Shown piece after piece: positions 9,216 through 18,053 of a stretch of DNA of 38,438 nucleotides. The stretch's first letter is position 1. Every line of letters starts with the position of its first letter. Location: contig JAEENR010000223.1 of assembly GCA_016283885.1 (NCBI GenBank), positions 1 through 38,438 of the forward strand, in the 5' to 3' direction. Source of the DNA: Verrucomicrobiota bacterium. GTDB taxonomy: Bacteria > Verrucomicrobiota > Verrucomicrobiia > Limisphaerales > UBA1412. The notes beneath the pieces are model-generated. The model searched no databases. It was given only the letters and a program-made list of their open reading frames with translations, and had not been told where the DNA came from. The position numbers and the translations under genes are program-made.

Positions 9216-10097
9216 ATGACGTTGAATCAGTTGATCATACGGGCTGATTTCCTGTTGGAGGCACTGCCTTATATCCAGCGTTACCGCGGTGAGACATTCG
9301 TCATCAAATACGGCGGCAGTTTCATGGACGCGAAGGATCCTGATCAGCGGGACAGTGTTGCCCGTGACATCACGTTTCTGGAAGCGGTCGGGATCAATCC
9401 GGTGGTAGTCCACGGCGGAGGCAAGGCGATCACCCGTGCGCTGAAAGATTCCGGCATCGAGACACGCTTCATCCAGGGAATGCGCGTGACCGATCAGCAG
9501 ACCATGAACGTGGTGGAAAAAGTCCTTTCCTATGAGATCAATCCGCGCATCGTGGAAACGATCCAGCGTTTTGGCGGCAAGGCAAAGGGTTTTCCCGGCA
9601 GCAAGGTCCTGAAATGCAGAAAGAAACTGGTTCCCGGCGAGAACGGGGAGATGTTGGATGTCGGCTTTGTAGGTGAAGTCAATGGAGTGGATACGGCACA
9701 AATTTTGGACTGCATCGCTAATAATATCACTCCTGTCATCAGCCCCACGGCTCAAGACGGGGAAGGTAATTTTTATAACTGCAACGCCGATATCGCTGCG
9801 GCACAGGTTGCTATCGCGCTGAAAGCAAGAAGGTTGGTCTTTATGAGCGATGTGCCGGGACTGATGCGCGATTTGAAAGACCCCACTTCGCTGATCTCGC
9901 AGCTGCAGGTTTCCGAAGTGGACGGATTGAAAAAATGCGGTGTGATCGATGCCGGCATGATCCCGAAGATAGACAGCGCGGTGGAAGCGATCCGTGCCGG
10001 TGTGGAAAAGGTGTCTCTGGTGGATGGACGGATGCCGCACAGTGTGATGCTGGAAATTTTTACCCACTCGGGAGTGGGAACAGAATTGATTTTATAG
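9216..10097 (+). CDS. argB: Acetylglutamate kinase
   Basis: LLEALPYI, VIKYGGS, VHGGGK, GMRVTD, NCNAD, GMIPK; within the arg operon. Confidence 0.97.
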   Translation: MTLNQLIIRADFLLEALPYIQRYRGETFVIKYGGSFMDAKDPDQRDSVARDITFLEAVGINPVVVHGGGKAITRALKDSGIETRFIQGMRVTDQQTMNVVEKVLSYEINPRIVETIQRFGGKAKGFPGSKVLKCRKKLVPGENGEMLDVGFVGEVNGVDTAQILDCIANNITPVISPTAQDGEGNFYNCNADIAAAQVAIALKARRLVFMSDVPGLMRDLKDPTSLISQLQVSEVDGLKKCGVIDAGMIPKIDSAVEAIRAGVEKVSLVDGRMPHSVMLEIFTHSGVGTELIL

Positions 10098-10104
10098 AGA
10101 ATTT

Positions 10105-11361
10105 ATGAGCGAAAAAGCAGAAAAAATCAAACAGTTGTTCAATGATTATGTCGTACCGAGCTACGGCCGGTTCGATTTAGTGTTGGATCACGCTCAAGGA
10201 AGTTATGTTTGGGACGCGGATGGAAAGCGTTATTTAGATATGGGATCCGGGATCGCCGTTTGTTCCCTGGGACACGCACATCCGGAATTGGCTGAAACAC
10301 TGGCTCAGCAAGCCCGTAAACTGATCCATATTTCCAACCTTTATTATCATGAGGGACAGGGGCGTTTAGCTCAGGAGATCGTCAGCCGCGTGGGAGAAGG
10401 CAAGTGCTTTTTTGCCAACAGCGGTGGCGAGGCTAATGAGGGACTTTATAAGCTGGCCCGCAAGTTTGGCAATGAGACCGGACGTTATGAGGTCATTACC
10501 GCGCTGCATTCTTTCCACGGACGCACTCTGGCCGGCATCGCTGCTACAGGTCAGGACAAGGTCAAGAAAGGCTTTGATCCGGTCGTGGAAGGGTTCAAAT
10601 ACATTCCTTATAACGATCTGAAGGCGGCGGAAGCGGCGATCGGTCCCAAGACCGCAGCTATTTTGATTGAGGGCATCCAGGGCGAAGGCGGGATCACACC
10701 GGCTGATCCGGTATATCTGGCCGGATTGCGCAAGCTTTGCACGGAACGGAATATCCTGCTTTTGATGGATGAAGTGCAGTGCGGTTACTATCGCTCCGGC
10801 AGTTTCTGCAGTTTTCAGGAGATTTTGAAAGATACCGCTGACGGCAAGAGTTTCCTGCCGGACGCGTTCAGTATGGCCAAAGGGATCGCCGGCGGTTTCC
10901 CGATGGGCGCGTTCTGGGTGAGGAAACCCTACGCGGATCTGCTGGGACCCGGTACTCATGCCACGACTTTCGGCGGAACGCCTTTGGCATGCGCCGTGGC
11001 ACGAAAAGTGCTGGAAGTTATAGAGAGGGATCACTTGGCGGAGAATGTACGCAAAGTAGGAGCTGTGATAAAGAACGCCGTTACGGAAATGGCCGTCCGG
11101 TATCCGAATGTGATCGAAAAATCCAGAGGCATGGGTTTTATGCAGGGATTTTCTCTGAATATGGAGTCATCCGTTTTTAAGAGATCCTCGGCCACACCGT
11201 CTGTTCAATTTGTGAATGCGTTGACAGAAAATGGCATGCTGGCTATTCCGGCCGGAGCGTCCGTAGTGAGACTGTTGCCGCCGTTGAATCTGAGTGCTCA
11301 GGAGACTGAGGAAGCTCTGACAATTATTGAAAAAACAGCTAAAGAATTTAATAAAGGATAA
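10105..11361 (+). CDS. argD: Acetylornithine aminotransferase (class III PLP)
   Basis: GIAVCSLGHAHP, NSGGEANE, SFHGRT, IQGEGG, DEVQCG, AKG (PLP lysine), HATTFGG; operon context. Confidence 0.94.
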   Translation: MSEKAEKIKQLFNDYVVPSYGRFDLVLDHAQGSYVWDADGKRYLDMGSGIAVCSLGHAHPELAETLAQQARKLIHISNLYYHEGQGRLAQEIVSRVGEGKCFFANSGGEANEGLYKLARKFGNETGRYEVITALHSFHGRTLAGIAATGQDKVKKGFDPVVEGFKYIPYNDLKAAEAAIGPKTAAILIEGIQGEGGITPADPVYLAGLRKLCTERNILLLMDEVQCGYYRSGSFCSFQEILKDTADGKSFLPDAFSMAKGIAGGFPMGAFWVRKPYADLLGPGTHATTFGGTPLACAVARKVLEVIERDHLAENVRKVGAVIKNAVTEMAVRYPNVIEKSRGMGFMQGFSLNMESSVFKRSSATPSVQFVNALTENGMLAIPAGASVVRLLPPLNLSAQETEEALTIIEKTAKEFNKG

Positions 11362-11370
11362 AGAAAAAAT

Positions 11371-12273
11371 ATGAACCATTTACTTAGTATTGAAAAACTC
11401 CCGCTTCGCGATATGAAGCAGATACTGGAGAACACCGCCATGTTCAAACGTGAACGGGGTTCCCGGACCCTGCTCCCGCTGAAAGGACAAACCTGGGGAA
11501 TGATTTTTGCTAAATCATCCACACGAACCAGAGTTTCCTTTGAGGTGGGCATCCATGAGCTGGGAGGAAACGCACTTTTCCTGAGTGCCAATGATATCCA
11601 GCTGGGACGCGGAGAGCTGATCAAGGATACGGCGCGTGTTCTGGGACGCATGACCCACGGCTGTGTTATCCGCACTTTCAAGCAGCAGGATGTGGAAGAT
11701 TTTGCGCAGTATTCCGGTATTCCTACCGTGAACGCGCTGACAGACTGGGAGCATCCCTGCCAGATATTGACGGATATATTCACCGTGGAAGAGAAGATGC
11801 GCTCTATCCAGGGGAAAGTGGTGACCTTTGTGGGCGATGGAGCCTGCAATATCCCCATTTCCTGGGCGTTCGCGGCGGCTAAGCTGGGTTTTGAGCTTCG
11901 CATTGCCGCGCCCAAAGAGTATCAGCTCCCGGATGAAGTGCTGGAACGCGCCGGAAGCAGTGCTAAGATCTATCGCACGGGTGATCCTAAGGAGGCCGCG
12001 AAAGGCGCGGATGTGCTTTATACGGATACCTGGATCTCTATGGGCAAAGAGAGCGAAAGCGCTCAGAGGATCAGTCTGCTGAAGAACTATCAGATCAATA
12101 AAGAACTGGTTTCCCTGGCCAATAAGGATGTGATGGTGCTGCATTGCCTGCCTGCCTATCGGGGCAAGGAGATCACGGAAGAGATATTCGAGCAGTTTGC
12201 CGGGAACATCTTTGACCAGGCAGAAAACCGTCTCCATACCCAGAAAGCGATCATGGACTGGATGACGGATTAG
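11371..12273 (+). CDS. argF: Ornithine carbamoyltransferase
   Basis: SSTRTR carbamoyl-phosphate motif, HPCQ, DTWISMG, HCLP, QAENRLH. Confidence 0.97.
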   Translation: MNHLLSIEKLPLRDMKQILENTAMFKRERGSRTLLPLKGQTWGMIFAKSSTRTRVSFEVGIHELGGNALFLSANDIQLGRGELIKDTARVLGRMTHGCVIRTFKQQDVEDFAQYSGIPTVNALTDWEHPCQILTDIFTVEEKMRSIQGKVVTFVGDGACNIPISWAFAAAKLGFELRIAAPKEYQLPDEVLERAGSSAKIYRTGDPKEAAKGADVLYTDTWISMGKESESAQRISLLKNYQINKELVSLANKDVMVLHCLPAYRGKEITEEIFEQFAGNIFDQAENRLHTQKAIMDWMTD

Positions 12274-12300
12274 CCGTAAAGAAAGAAAATCAAAAAAGAA

Positions 12301-12327
12301 AAGACGCATGAACAGTGCGTCTTTTTT
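12301..12327 (+). terminator. Terminator of the arg operon
   Basis: AAGACGCA-tgaacag-TGCGTCTT followed by Ts. Confidence 0.85.
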
Positions 12328-12343
12328 GTTGGGTGACAGAAAC

Positions 12344-12376
12344 AAAAAAAGTGTGGAGCAAACTCCACACTTTTTT
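12344..12376. terminator. Bidirectional terminator (PEP-CTERM gene / arg operon)
   Basis: A7-GTGTGGAG-caaa-CTCCACAC-T6 between convergent genes. Confidence 0.88.
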
Positions 12377-12395
12377 GAAAATCAACTAATCAGAA

Positions 12396-13154
12396 TTAGT
12401 CGCGTTTGAAACGACGCAGACCAGCGAAACCAACCAGAGAGGCTAAGCCCATCATAGCGAGCTGGAATGTACCGGCCTCAGGAACGAGGGTAGCGGTACC
12501 GTCAACGCGCAGAGCAAACGGCTGTGTAGTCTCGGCATATTGCAGATGGAGGGTTTCTTTCCAAGTGCTCTGATCCAGATTGTTGCCGTACCACATATCT
12601 TTGTCGTAACTAGGGCTTGTACCATCCTCAAAGGAAGTAATATAGATGCTGTCAGCCTGGGAGAAGGGCAGTCTCAGACCATTCGCATTTTCGGTGGTGA
12701 CGAGATAGGTCAAACCCCCTCTGTTATAGTCATTGTATGTGATCGGTGTATCATAGTTCACAAAACCGGTCGTGGAAATTGCACTTTCCTGACCCGCTTC
12801 ATAAGTGGTAAATGTGAAAGCGGATTCATCGAAACGATAACCAGGTCCCACATAAGTGGCATCACCCACTGTATAGTAAGCGTCATTGGCATACAGAGCA
12901 AACGTCGCGACATCAGGGCTCGTTCCAGCAACAAAGCTCAAATTACCGGCACCAGTAATGGTGTATTGGGGATAGATTCCATTACGATCATTACCAAGAT
13001 CGGTCAGAATGCTGCCGCCGATTATCCGAGCAGCAGGAGAACTCTGCACTTTCGAATGTTCGAACGCACTTGTACTGTCAAACAGAACATCTGCTTGCAC
13101 GACAGAAGCTGCAGCCAGAACGGACGCAACTGTAACTGTTTTAATCATGTTCAT
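12396..13154 (-). CDS. PEP-CTERM-type (VPEA variant) surface-sorted protein
   Basis: Signal peptide ending VQA|D; Thr/Tyr/Ser-rich, Cys-free body; C-terminal VPEAGT + hydrophobic helix + RRFKRD. Confidence 0.85.
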   Translation of the reverse strand: MNMIKTVTVASVLAAASVVQADVLFDSTSAFEHSKVQSSPAARIIGGSILTDLGNDRNGIYPQYTITGAGNLSFVAGTSPDVATFALYANDAYYTVGDATYVGPGYRFDESAFTFTTYEAGQESAISTTGFVNYDTPITYNDYNRGGLTYLVTTENANGLRLPFSQADSIYITSFEDGTSPSYDKDMWYGNNLDQSTWKETLHLQYAETTQPFALRVDGTATLVPEAGTFQLAMMGLASLVGFAGLRRFKRD

Positions 13155-13489
13155 AACTCAATTTTCTCAACATCAACAAAGGCTAACTAGTCGGAGCCGA
13201 AAGCCAGCCACATTAATTATTTATCTGAAGCGCTTTTCTATCACATTAAAACGTGATCTCGAAAAGACATCTTCCCGACACCGCAGAAATTTTTGCAGAA
13301 AATAGAAGAAAGTGCAAGCTTTTTTAAAAAAATTTCGCCTAAATATTTTATTTCTTTTTCTTATTCTTATTATTTCTTATTGATATTCAATGTGTTAAAA
13401 TTATTTTAAATGATTTCTTTTATGATTTATTTTATCAGAAACGCTTACTCAGGATTGACAAAAAAACATTTTTTGATGAATCTAGTTGT

Positions 13490-14422
13490 ATGGCGAAGTC
13501 CGCTTTAGGCAGAGGCTTTGGGGCACTGATGGGGGATAGGAAACCCAAGACGTCCTCAAATAATACAACGGTACAGAAAACGACACCCGGAAAACCGGAA
13601 GCGAAAACAGATCCCGCGTCTTCTCGTGATGCTGTTCTTAATGTGCCGATAGAACGAGTGTTTGCGTCCCGATTGCAGCCACGCAAGCATTTTATTAAAG
13701 AATCTCTGGAGGAACTCACACAGTCTATCCGTGAGCATGGGATCATGCAGCCGCTGATCGTTCGCAAAAGCTCGGATGCCCGGTATGAGCTGATTGCCGG
13801 TGAACGCCGCCTCCGGGCCGGAAAAGCGGCTGGTCTCAAAGAAGTTCCAGTCATCATTATCGAGGCTGATGACCGTAAGGCATTGGAGCTGATGATGGTG
13901 GAAAATCTTCAGCGTGAGAATCTGAATCCCATTGATGAGGCTATTGGTTTTGAACAGTTGATCCGGGAGTTCAAATTGACACAGGAAGCGGCGGCGGCTC
14001 GTGTCGGCAAAGGCCGTGTTGTGGTGGCCAACGCGCTTCGTTTGCTGAAACTGCCCCAATCTGTACAGATCATGGTGGCGGATGGTCGTTTGAGTGTGGG
14101 GCACGCGAAGGCGATCTTGTCTTTGGAATTTGTTGAGGATATGCAGGCCATGGCCGAGCGAGTGGTCAATGGCAAGTTGAGTGTACGCGAGGTGGAAACG
14201 CTGGTCGCGCGTAAACTGGACAAGACAGCACATTCACAACCGAAGACACCGCCAGCTCCGAATGTCCATCTCCGCAAGGTCGAAGAAAAGCTGCGTGAAC
14301 ATTTTGGAACTCAAGTGAAAGTAAAATCCAGTGACGGAGAAAAAGGATCACTGGAAATACAGTTTTACAGTAAGGGAGATCTGAACCGTTTGCTGGATAT
14401 TTTCTCTGTCAGCATCGAATAA
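13490..14422 (+). CDS. parB: ParB/Spo0J chromosome partitioning protein
   Basis: ALGRGFGAL ParA-interacting N-terminus, QPRKHF, GIMQPLIVR, ELIAGERRLRA, ENLQRENLNP, HTH, GHAKAIL, C-terminal GSLEIQF. Confidence 0.95.
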   Translation: MAKSALGRGFGALMGDRKPKTSSNNTTVQKTTPGKPEAKTDPASSRDAVLNVPIERVFASRLQPRKHFIKESLEELTQSIREHGIMQPLIVRKSSDARYELIAGERRLRAGKAAGLKEVPVIIIEADDRKALELMMVENLQRENLNPIDEAIGFEQLIREFKLTQEAAAARVGKGRVVVANALRLLKLPQSVQIMVADGRLSVGHAKAILSLEFVEDMQAMAERVVNGKLSVREVETLVARKLDKTAHSQPKTPPAPNVHLRKVEEKLREHFGTQVKVKSSDGEKGSLEIQFYSKGDLNRLLDIFSVSIE

Positions 14423-14508
14423 TAAAGAGACGCTGAGACGCGCGTCCACATTATTTTAAGCTCTTTGAGCTTTCGAGTTACAGCCGCGCTAGCGCGGCTC
14501 CATTTTAA

Positions 14509-14604
14509 TGACCCGGAACGGGTCAAAGATGGTAGCCGGGGGTAAGCGCAGCGTAACCCCTGGTAATGGATCCCCCTAATTTCTCACCCTGAAGGGGTGA
14601 CAGA
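14509..14604. repeat. REP/REPIN-like three-hairpin element, copy 1
   Basis: TGACCC-ggaac-GGGTCA; CCGGGGGT...ACCCCTGG; TCACCC-tgaag-GGGTGA-caga; closely matching copy at 23793-23887. Confidence 0.8.
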
Positions 14605-14646
14605 GCGTATCAATAAAAAAATTCAAATACATGATCCCGGAATTTT

Positions 14647-15621
14647 TTATTTGCTGATGGCGATTCTGGGTTTGACAGCGGTGACCAATAATGTCTGCAA
14701 ATGAGGTGGATTTTCTTCGCGGTCTGCAATGGTGATATCTATATTTTTGAACAAGGCGTGTTCCAGCAGAAGATGGATCTCACCTTCGGAAAAGCCCAGC
14801 TTGGTATCTCCGTAAAGTTTGTGCGCTTCTGAGAAGTTATGTTTCAGCAGATCCAGGATAAAAACTTTACCTCCGGGGACCAGTATCCGGTATGCACTGG
14901 AGAGTGCCTGATCCGGAGCATCCAGATGATGAAGGACCTGACTGATGATGACCACATCGACACTGGCATCCGGGATAGGCGGGTTTTGGATGTCGCCTAA
15001 ACGAAATTCGATATTTTTGATCCCTGCTTTTTTGGCTTGAGCCTGGCCGAATTTAATGATTTTAGGAGAGTTATCCACGGCGATGATCTGTTTCGCGCTT
15101 TGGGCGAAGAGTTCGCTCATCAAGCCTTCACCGGAACCAAGATCCGCGATCACCAGGGGAGGCAGCATTTTAAGCAGGAGCTGACCGAATGCCTGCCAGG
15201 ATCTGCCCGGACCGTATTTTCGATCGAAACGACCGGCTACCTGATTAAAAAAAAGACGGGTATGTTCTTCCCGCAGAGAGAGTATTCGCTTAAGATTGAC
15301 TTGATCCGTCTTATAATCGGGCAGTTCCTGCGCGCCTTGAAGAGCGGATGAGATCAGCTCCGAATGGGGGAGAGTTGCCAGATCGGAAAGTTTATAAAGG
15401 GTACTCCGTCCCTTGCGCTGAGAGGTCAAAAGACCGCTTTCCTGAAGTACAGCCAAATGGGTGGATATGCGGGACTGTCCCATTCGCGTAATAGACTGAA
15501 GTTCCTGCACGGAAAGGACTTCTTTTTCTAAAAGGGAGAGTATCCGCAGTCGGGTCGGATCTGCTAAAGTGCGCAGATATTTTAAGATTTTAGCCATAGG
15601 GGAATGGGGCAGTGCCGCCAT
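14647..15621 (-). CDS. ArsR/SmtB HTH fused to a class I SAM-methyltransferase-like domain (SahR-like regulator)
   Basis: LADPTRLRILSLL...QSRISTHL HTH; IADLGSGEG SAM motif; QVLHHL, LVPGG. The start may be the second Met (15597). Confidence 0.85.
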   Translation of the reverse strand: MAALPHSPMAKILKYLRTLADPTRLRILSLLEKEVLSVQELQSITRMGQSRISTHLAVLQESGLLTSQRKGRSTLYKLSDLATLPHSELISSALQGAQELPDYKTDQVNLKRILSLREEHTRLFFNQVAGRFDRKYGPGRSWQAFGQLLLKMLPPLVIADLGSGEGLMSELFAQSAKQIIAVDNSPKIIKFGQAQAKKAGIKNIEFRLGDIQNPPIPDASVDVVIISQVLHHLDAPDQALSSAYRILVPGGKVFILDLLKHNFSEAHKLYGDTKLGFSEGEIHLLLEHALFKNIDITIADREENPPHLQTLLVTAVKPRIAISK

Positions 15622-15634
15622 TATAAGACAAACG

Positions 15635-15664
15635 ATTAAAACATTTTTTCCATGACAGTGTCAA
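15635..15664 (-). promoter_or_regulatory. Putative sigma70 promoter of the ArsR-methyltransferase gene
   Basis: Minus strand TTGACA(15664-15659)-N18-TTTAAT(15640-15635) with extended TG. Confidence 0.5.
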
Positions 15665-15677
15665 AGAAATGCTAAAT

Positions 15678-15712
15678 AAAAACACCCTGTATTCGAGAGA
15701 ATAACAGGGTGT
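15678..15712 (-). terminator. Terminator downstream of the secreted Ala-rich protein
   Basis: ACACCCTGT...ACAGGGTGT stem with an A-run on the plus side (U-tract on the minus strand). Confidence 0.8.
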
Positions 15713-15734
15713 GTGAATTTCTAACTAATGATAA

Positions 15735-16349
15735 TTATTTTCCAGTGTAGAACTTAACCGGGTAACGACGACCATCCGGATTGTCCGGTGTGATAGGAAC
15801 AGTACCCTGAGTCACCGGGGCAACATGATAGACGATCACGCCAGGAGCCGGATTACCAAAGGCATCTTCACCGAAGTTTACAGTCATCTGAGGAAGTATG
15901 GTCGGATCCAGCGGACCAGTAGCAGCTTCAACTTCAGCGGCATATTTCGGAGCCACAGAGGAAACTTCTGCCACGATTTCGCTTGCATAAGCTGGAGCGG
16001 CTTTGATGGCCACTTTCGCGAGCTTGACTGACAGACTCTTTTGGAGATCAGCAGCTGTCGCGGCCGCCAGAGGAGCTAATTCAGGGTTGGATTCAGAAAT
16101 GGCTTTCACCGTTTGAATGAGGGCGCCAGCCTTACTGGATTTGGTTGCGCGGATCACTTGGACAACGACATCTTCACGATCAGAAGCATTTGCCTTAGTG
16201 AGCAGTTCTGTAGCAACAGAGCTTACATTGCGGAGCTTGGCACCGCTGATGGTTTCGTCTATTGCTTTCACCTGGGCAGGTGTCAGCGCATTTGCAGAAA
16301 CTGCAGCCGCCACAAAGATCGCGGCCAGTAACAATGTTGTCTTCTTCAT
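15735..16349 (-). CDS. Secreted Ala-rich helical protein of unknown function (204 aa)
   Basis: Start reassigned to MKKTTLLLAA (ATG at 16349); signal peptide ANA|L; repeated Ala-rich helices (PELAPLAAATAA, AAPAYASEIVAEV). Confidence 0.75.
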   Translation of the reverse strand: MKKTTLLLAAIFVAAAVSANALTPAQVKAIDETISGAKLRNVSSVATELLTKANASDREDVVVQVIRATKSSKAGALIQTVKAISESNPELAPLAAATAADLQKSLSVKLAKVAIKAAPAYASEIVAEVSSVAPKYAAEVEAATGPLDPTILPQMTVNFGEDAFGNPAPGVIVYHVAPVTQGTVPITPDNPDGRRYPVKFYTGK

Positions 16350-16447
16350 AAACAAAATATTCAATCTCGAACTCAATACAACCGTGAGGTCAAAGTGCTT
16401 GGGTGAAATATACACCACGAGGCACTCATGCCTCAACACCGAGGTCA

Positions 16448-16475
16448 ATTCTATCACATAGCGAGGGGATGTAAA
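16448..16475 (-). promoter_or_regulatory. Putative sigma70 promoter of the Ala-rich protein
   Basis: Minus strand TTTACA-N16-TAGAAT with extended TG. Confidence 0.5.
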
Positions 16476-16638
16476 GAGGAAAAGTAAAATTTATTTAATT
16501 TTTTTTCCAAACTGAGGAAATATCCTTCCGCTTGCGAAAACACCTTGAAAAATATGGGTGAAATGAAATCATTATTCCTTCCTTGAAGGAAATATCCAAC
16601 CTGTTTGAAAAAATAAAACATAAAAAATTGTTTTTTTA

Positions 16639-17184
16639 TCAATCGAACAGCTTGGATGCCGGCAGGTCTTTCAGCGGGATGCCTGCTTTATCCTTGTCGG
16701 AAAGGAGCGGTGATCCTACTTTCCAGGAAATTGCCAGCGCGGGATCGTTCCATTGAAGGGTCACTTCGCCCTCCGGGTGGTAGAGTTCCGTGCATTTATA
16801 GTGGAAGAGAGCTGTTTCGCTCAATACGGCGAATCCATGGGCAAAGCCGGCCGGAACAAAAAGTTGGCGTTTGCTTTGGCCGTCCAGTTCTACGGAAAAC
16901 CATTTGCCGAACATTTTGGAGCTGCGGCGCAGATCCACTACGACATCTTGCACACAGCCTTCGATCACGGAAACCAATTTCCCCTGGGGCGGGATCTGAT
17001 AATGCAGACCGCGTAAGATATCTTTGCGGCTGAAAGAGATATTGTCTTGAACAAATTCTGCGTCAATGCCTGTTTCGTGGTATCGCTGCTGGTTCCAGGT
17101 TTCCAGAAAGTAGCCGCGGGCATCGCCGAATACTTTGGGTTCAATGACAAAGAGACCTTCAAAATCTGTAGGGATAACGTTCAT
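16639..17184 (-). CDS. rfbC: dTDP-4-dehydrorhamnose 3,5-epimerase
   Basis: PKVFGDARGYFLE, FVQDN, LRGLHYQ, DVVVDLR, GFAHGF, WNDP, LSDKD; start at 17184 overlaps the upstream stop (ATGA). Also called rmlC. Confidence 0.96.
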   Translation of the reverse strand: MNVIPTDFEGLFVIEPKVFGDARGYFLETWNQQRYHETGIDAEFVQDNISFSRKDILRGLHYQIPPQGKLVSVIEGCVQDVVVDLRRSSKMFGKWFSVELDGQSKRQLFVPAGFAHGFAVLSETALFHYKCTELYHPEGEVTLQWNDPALAISWKVGSPLLSDKDKAGIPLKDLPASKLFD

Positions 17185-18053
17185 TTTTTTGTTTTTTGGC
17201 AAATCAGAACCAGTGCTTCGCCGGATAGAGGTGCTTCTTTCAGACGTTTTTGAGCGGTTTTTTCCATATCACTTTGGGAATGAAATGGTTCAACGGGAAA
17301 AGCCTGGGGAAGCTGTCCGGAAGATGTGCTGAAAAGGGTTAATTTTTCACGGATGCCCGCGTTGGCCACACAGCGGTGCAGAGAACCCATCGAGAATATT
17401 TGACGGTATTGGGGAACGTGCAGAGGCAGCCATTTGCTTCCGTAGAGTTCATGTCCCAGGGAATTCTCATTCCAGGCGATCAGCACCAGCCGTCCGCCTT
17501 GTTTGAGTTTCTTCCAAGCCTGGTTCAGGTAAAAAACAGGGTTTTCGATCTCTTCCAGTGCCCAGCGGATGACAATAGCGTCAAAAGATTCATCTATGTA
17601 GTTCTCCCATTCCGGGATGCCTTGCTGCACTCTGATCCCTTTGGCCTCGTATTCTTTAGCGGAGGCCGGGTTAGGATGGATGGATTCTGTGGTCCAGCCG
17701 CGCTGATAGGCCTGCAGCACCCAGGAGAGATCTCCATAACCGATCTCCAGGAGGGTGCCGGGAGTTTCGGGCAGAAAGAGTTCTTCCCAGAATTTTCTGA
17801 TTTTGGATTCTTCCGTATCATTCCAGAGGGAGTCTTTGATTTTCTCCCAGAAAGAGACGGAGTTTTGGCGGTAGTCCGGAAAGTCGGAAAATAATTCCCT
17901 GTTTCTGTCCTGTTCTTGCTGCTTCAGAAGGACATGGCCGCAGATTTTCCGGGAACAATGGAAACAACCCTTGCACTCCTCTGAGTGGAGAGGCTGCAGC
18001 GCGTACCCGCAGAGGGGGCATTTTGAGAAGAATGTGCTATTTCTTTTGACCAC
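17181..18053 (-). CDS. Class I SAM-dependent methyltransferase-like protein with N-terminal Cys-rich (Zn-ribbon) region
   Basis: CPLC...CKGCFHC...C; LLEIGYG motif I; SFDAI, LEEIENP, LKQGGRL. Confidence 0.7.
   Translation of the reverse strand: MVKRNSTFFSKCPLCGYALQPLHSEECKGCFHCSRKICGHVLLKQQEQDRNRELFSDFPDYRQNSVSFWEKIKDSLWNDTEESKIRKFWEELFLPETPGTLLEIGYGDLSWVLQAYQRGWTTESIHPNPASAKEYEAKGIRVQQGIPEWENYIDESFDAIVIRWALEEIENPVFYLNQAWKKLKQGGRLVLIAWNENSLGHELYGSKWLPLHVPQYRQIFSMGSLHRCVANAGIREKLTLFSTSSGQLPQAFPVEPFHSQSDMEKTAQKRLKEAPLSGEALVLICQKTKK

Noticed and set aside
13300-13489. Replication origin next to parB
   Set aside because: It is AT-rich but has no DnaA-box cluster, and dnaA/dnaN/gidA are absent; it is better explained as a divergent promoter region.
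16350-16457. Upstream GTG start (16457) for the Ala-rich protein, and similar extended starts for the RRM protein (19882) and TolC (22343)
   Set aside because: The signal peptides or domain boundaries begin at the downstream ATGs; the extensions overlap predicted promoter or leader sequence.
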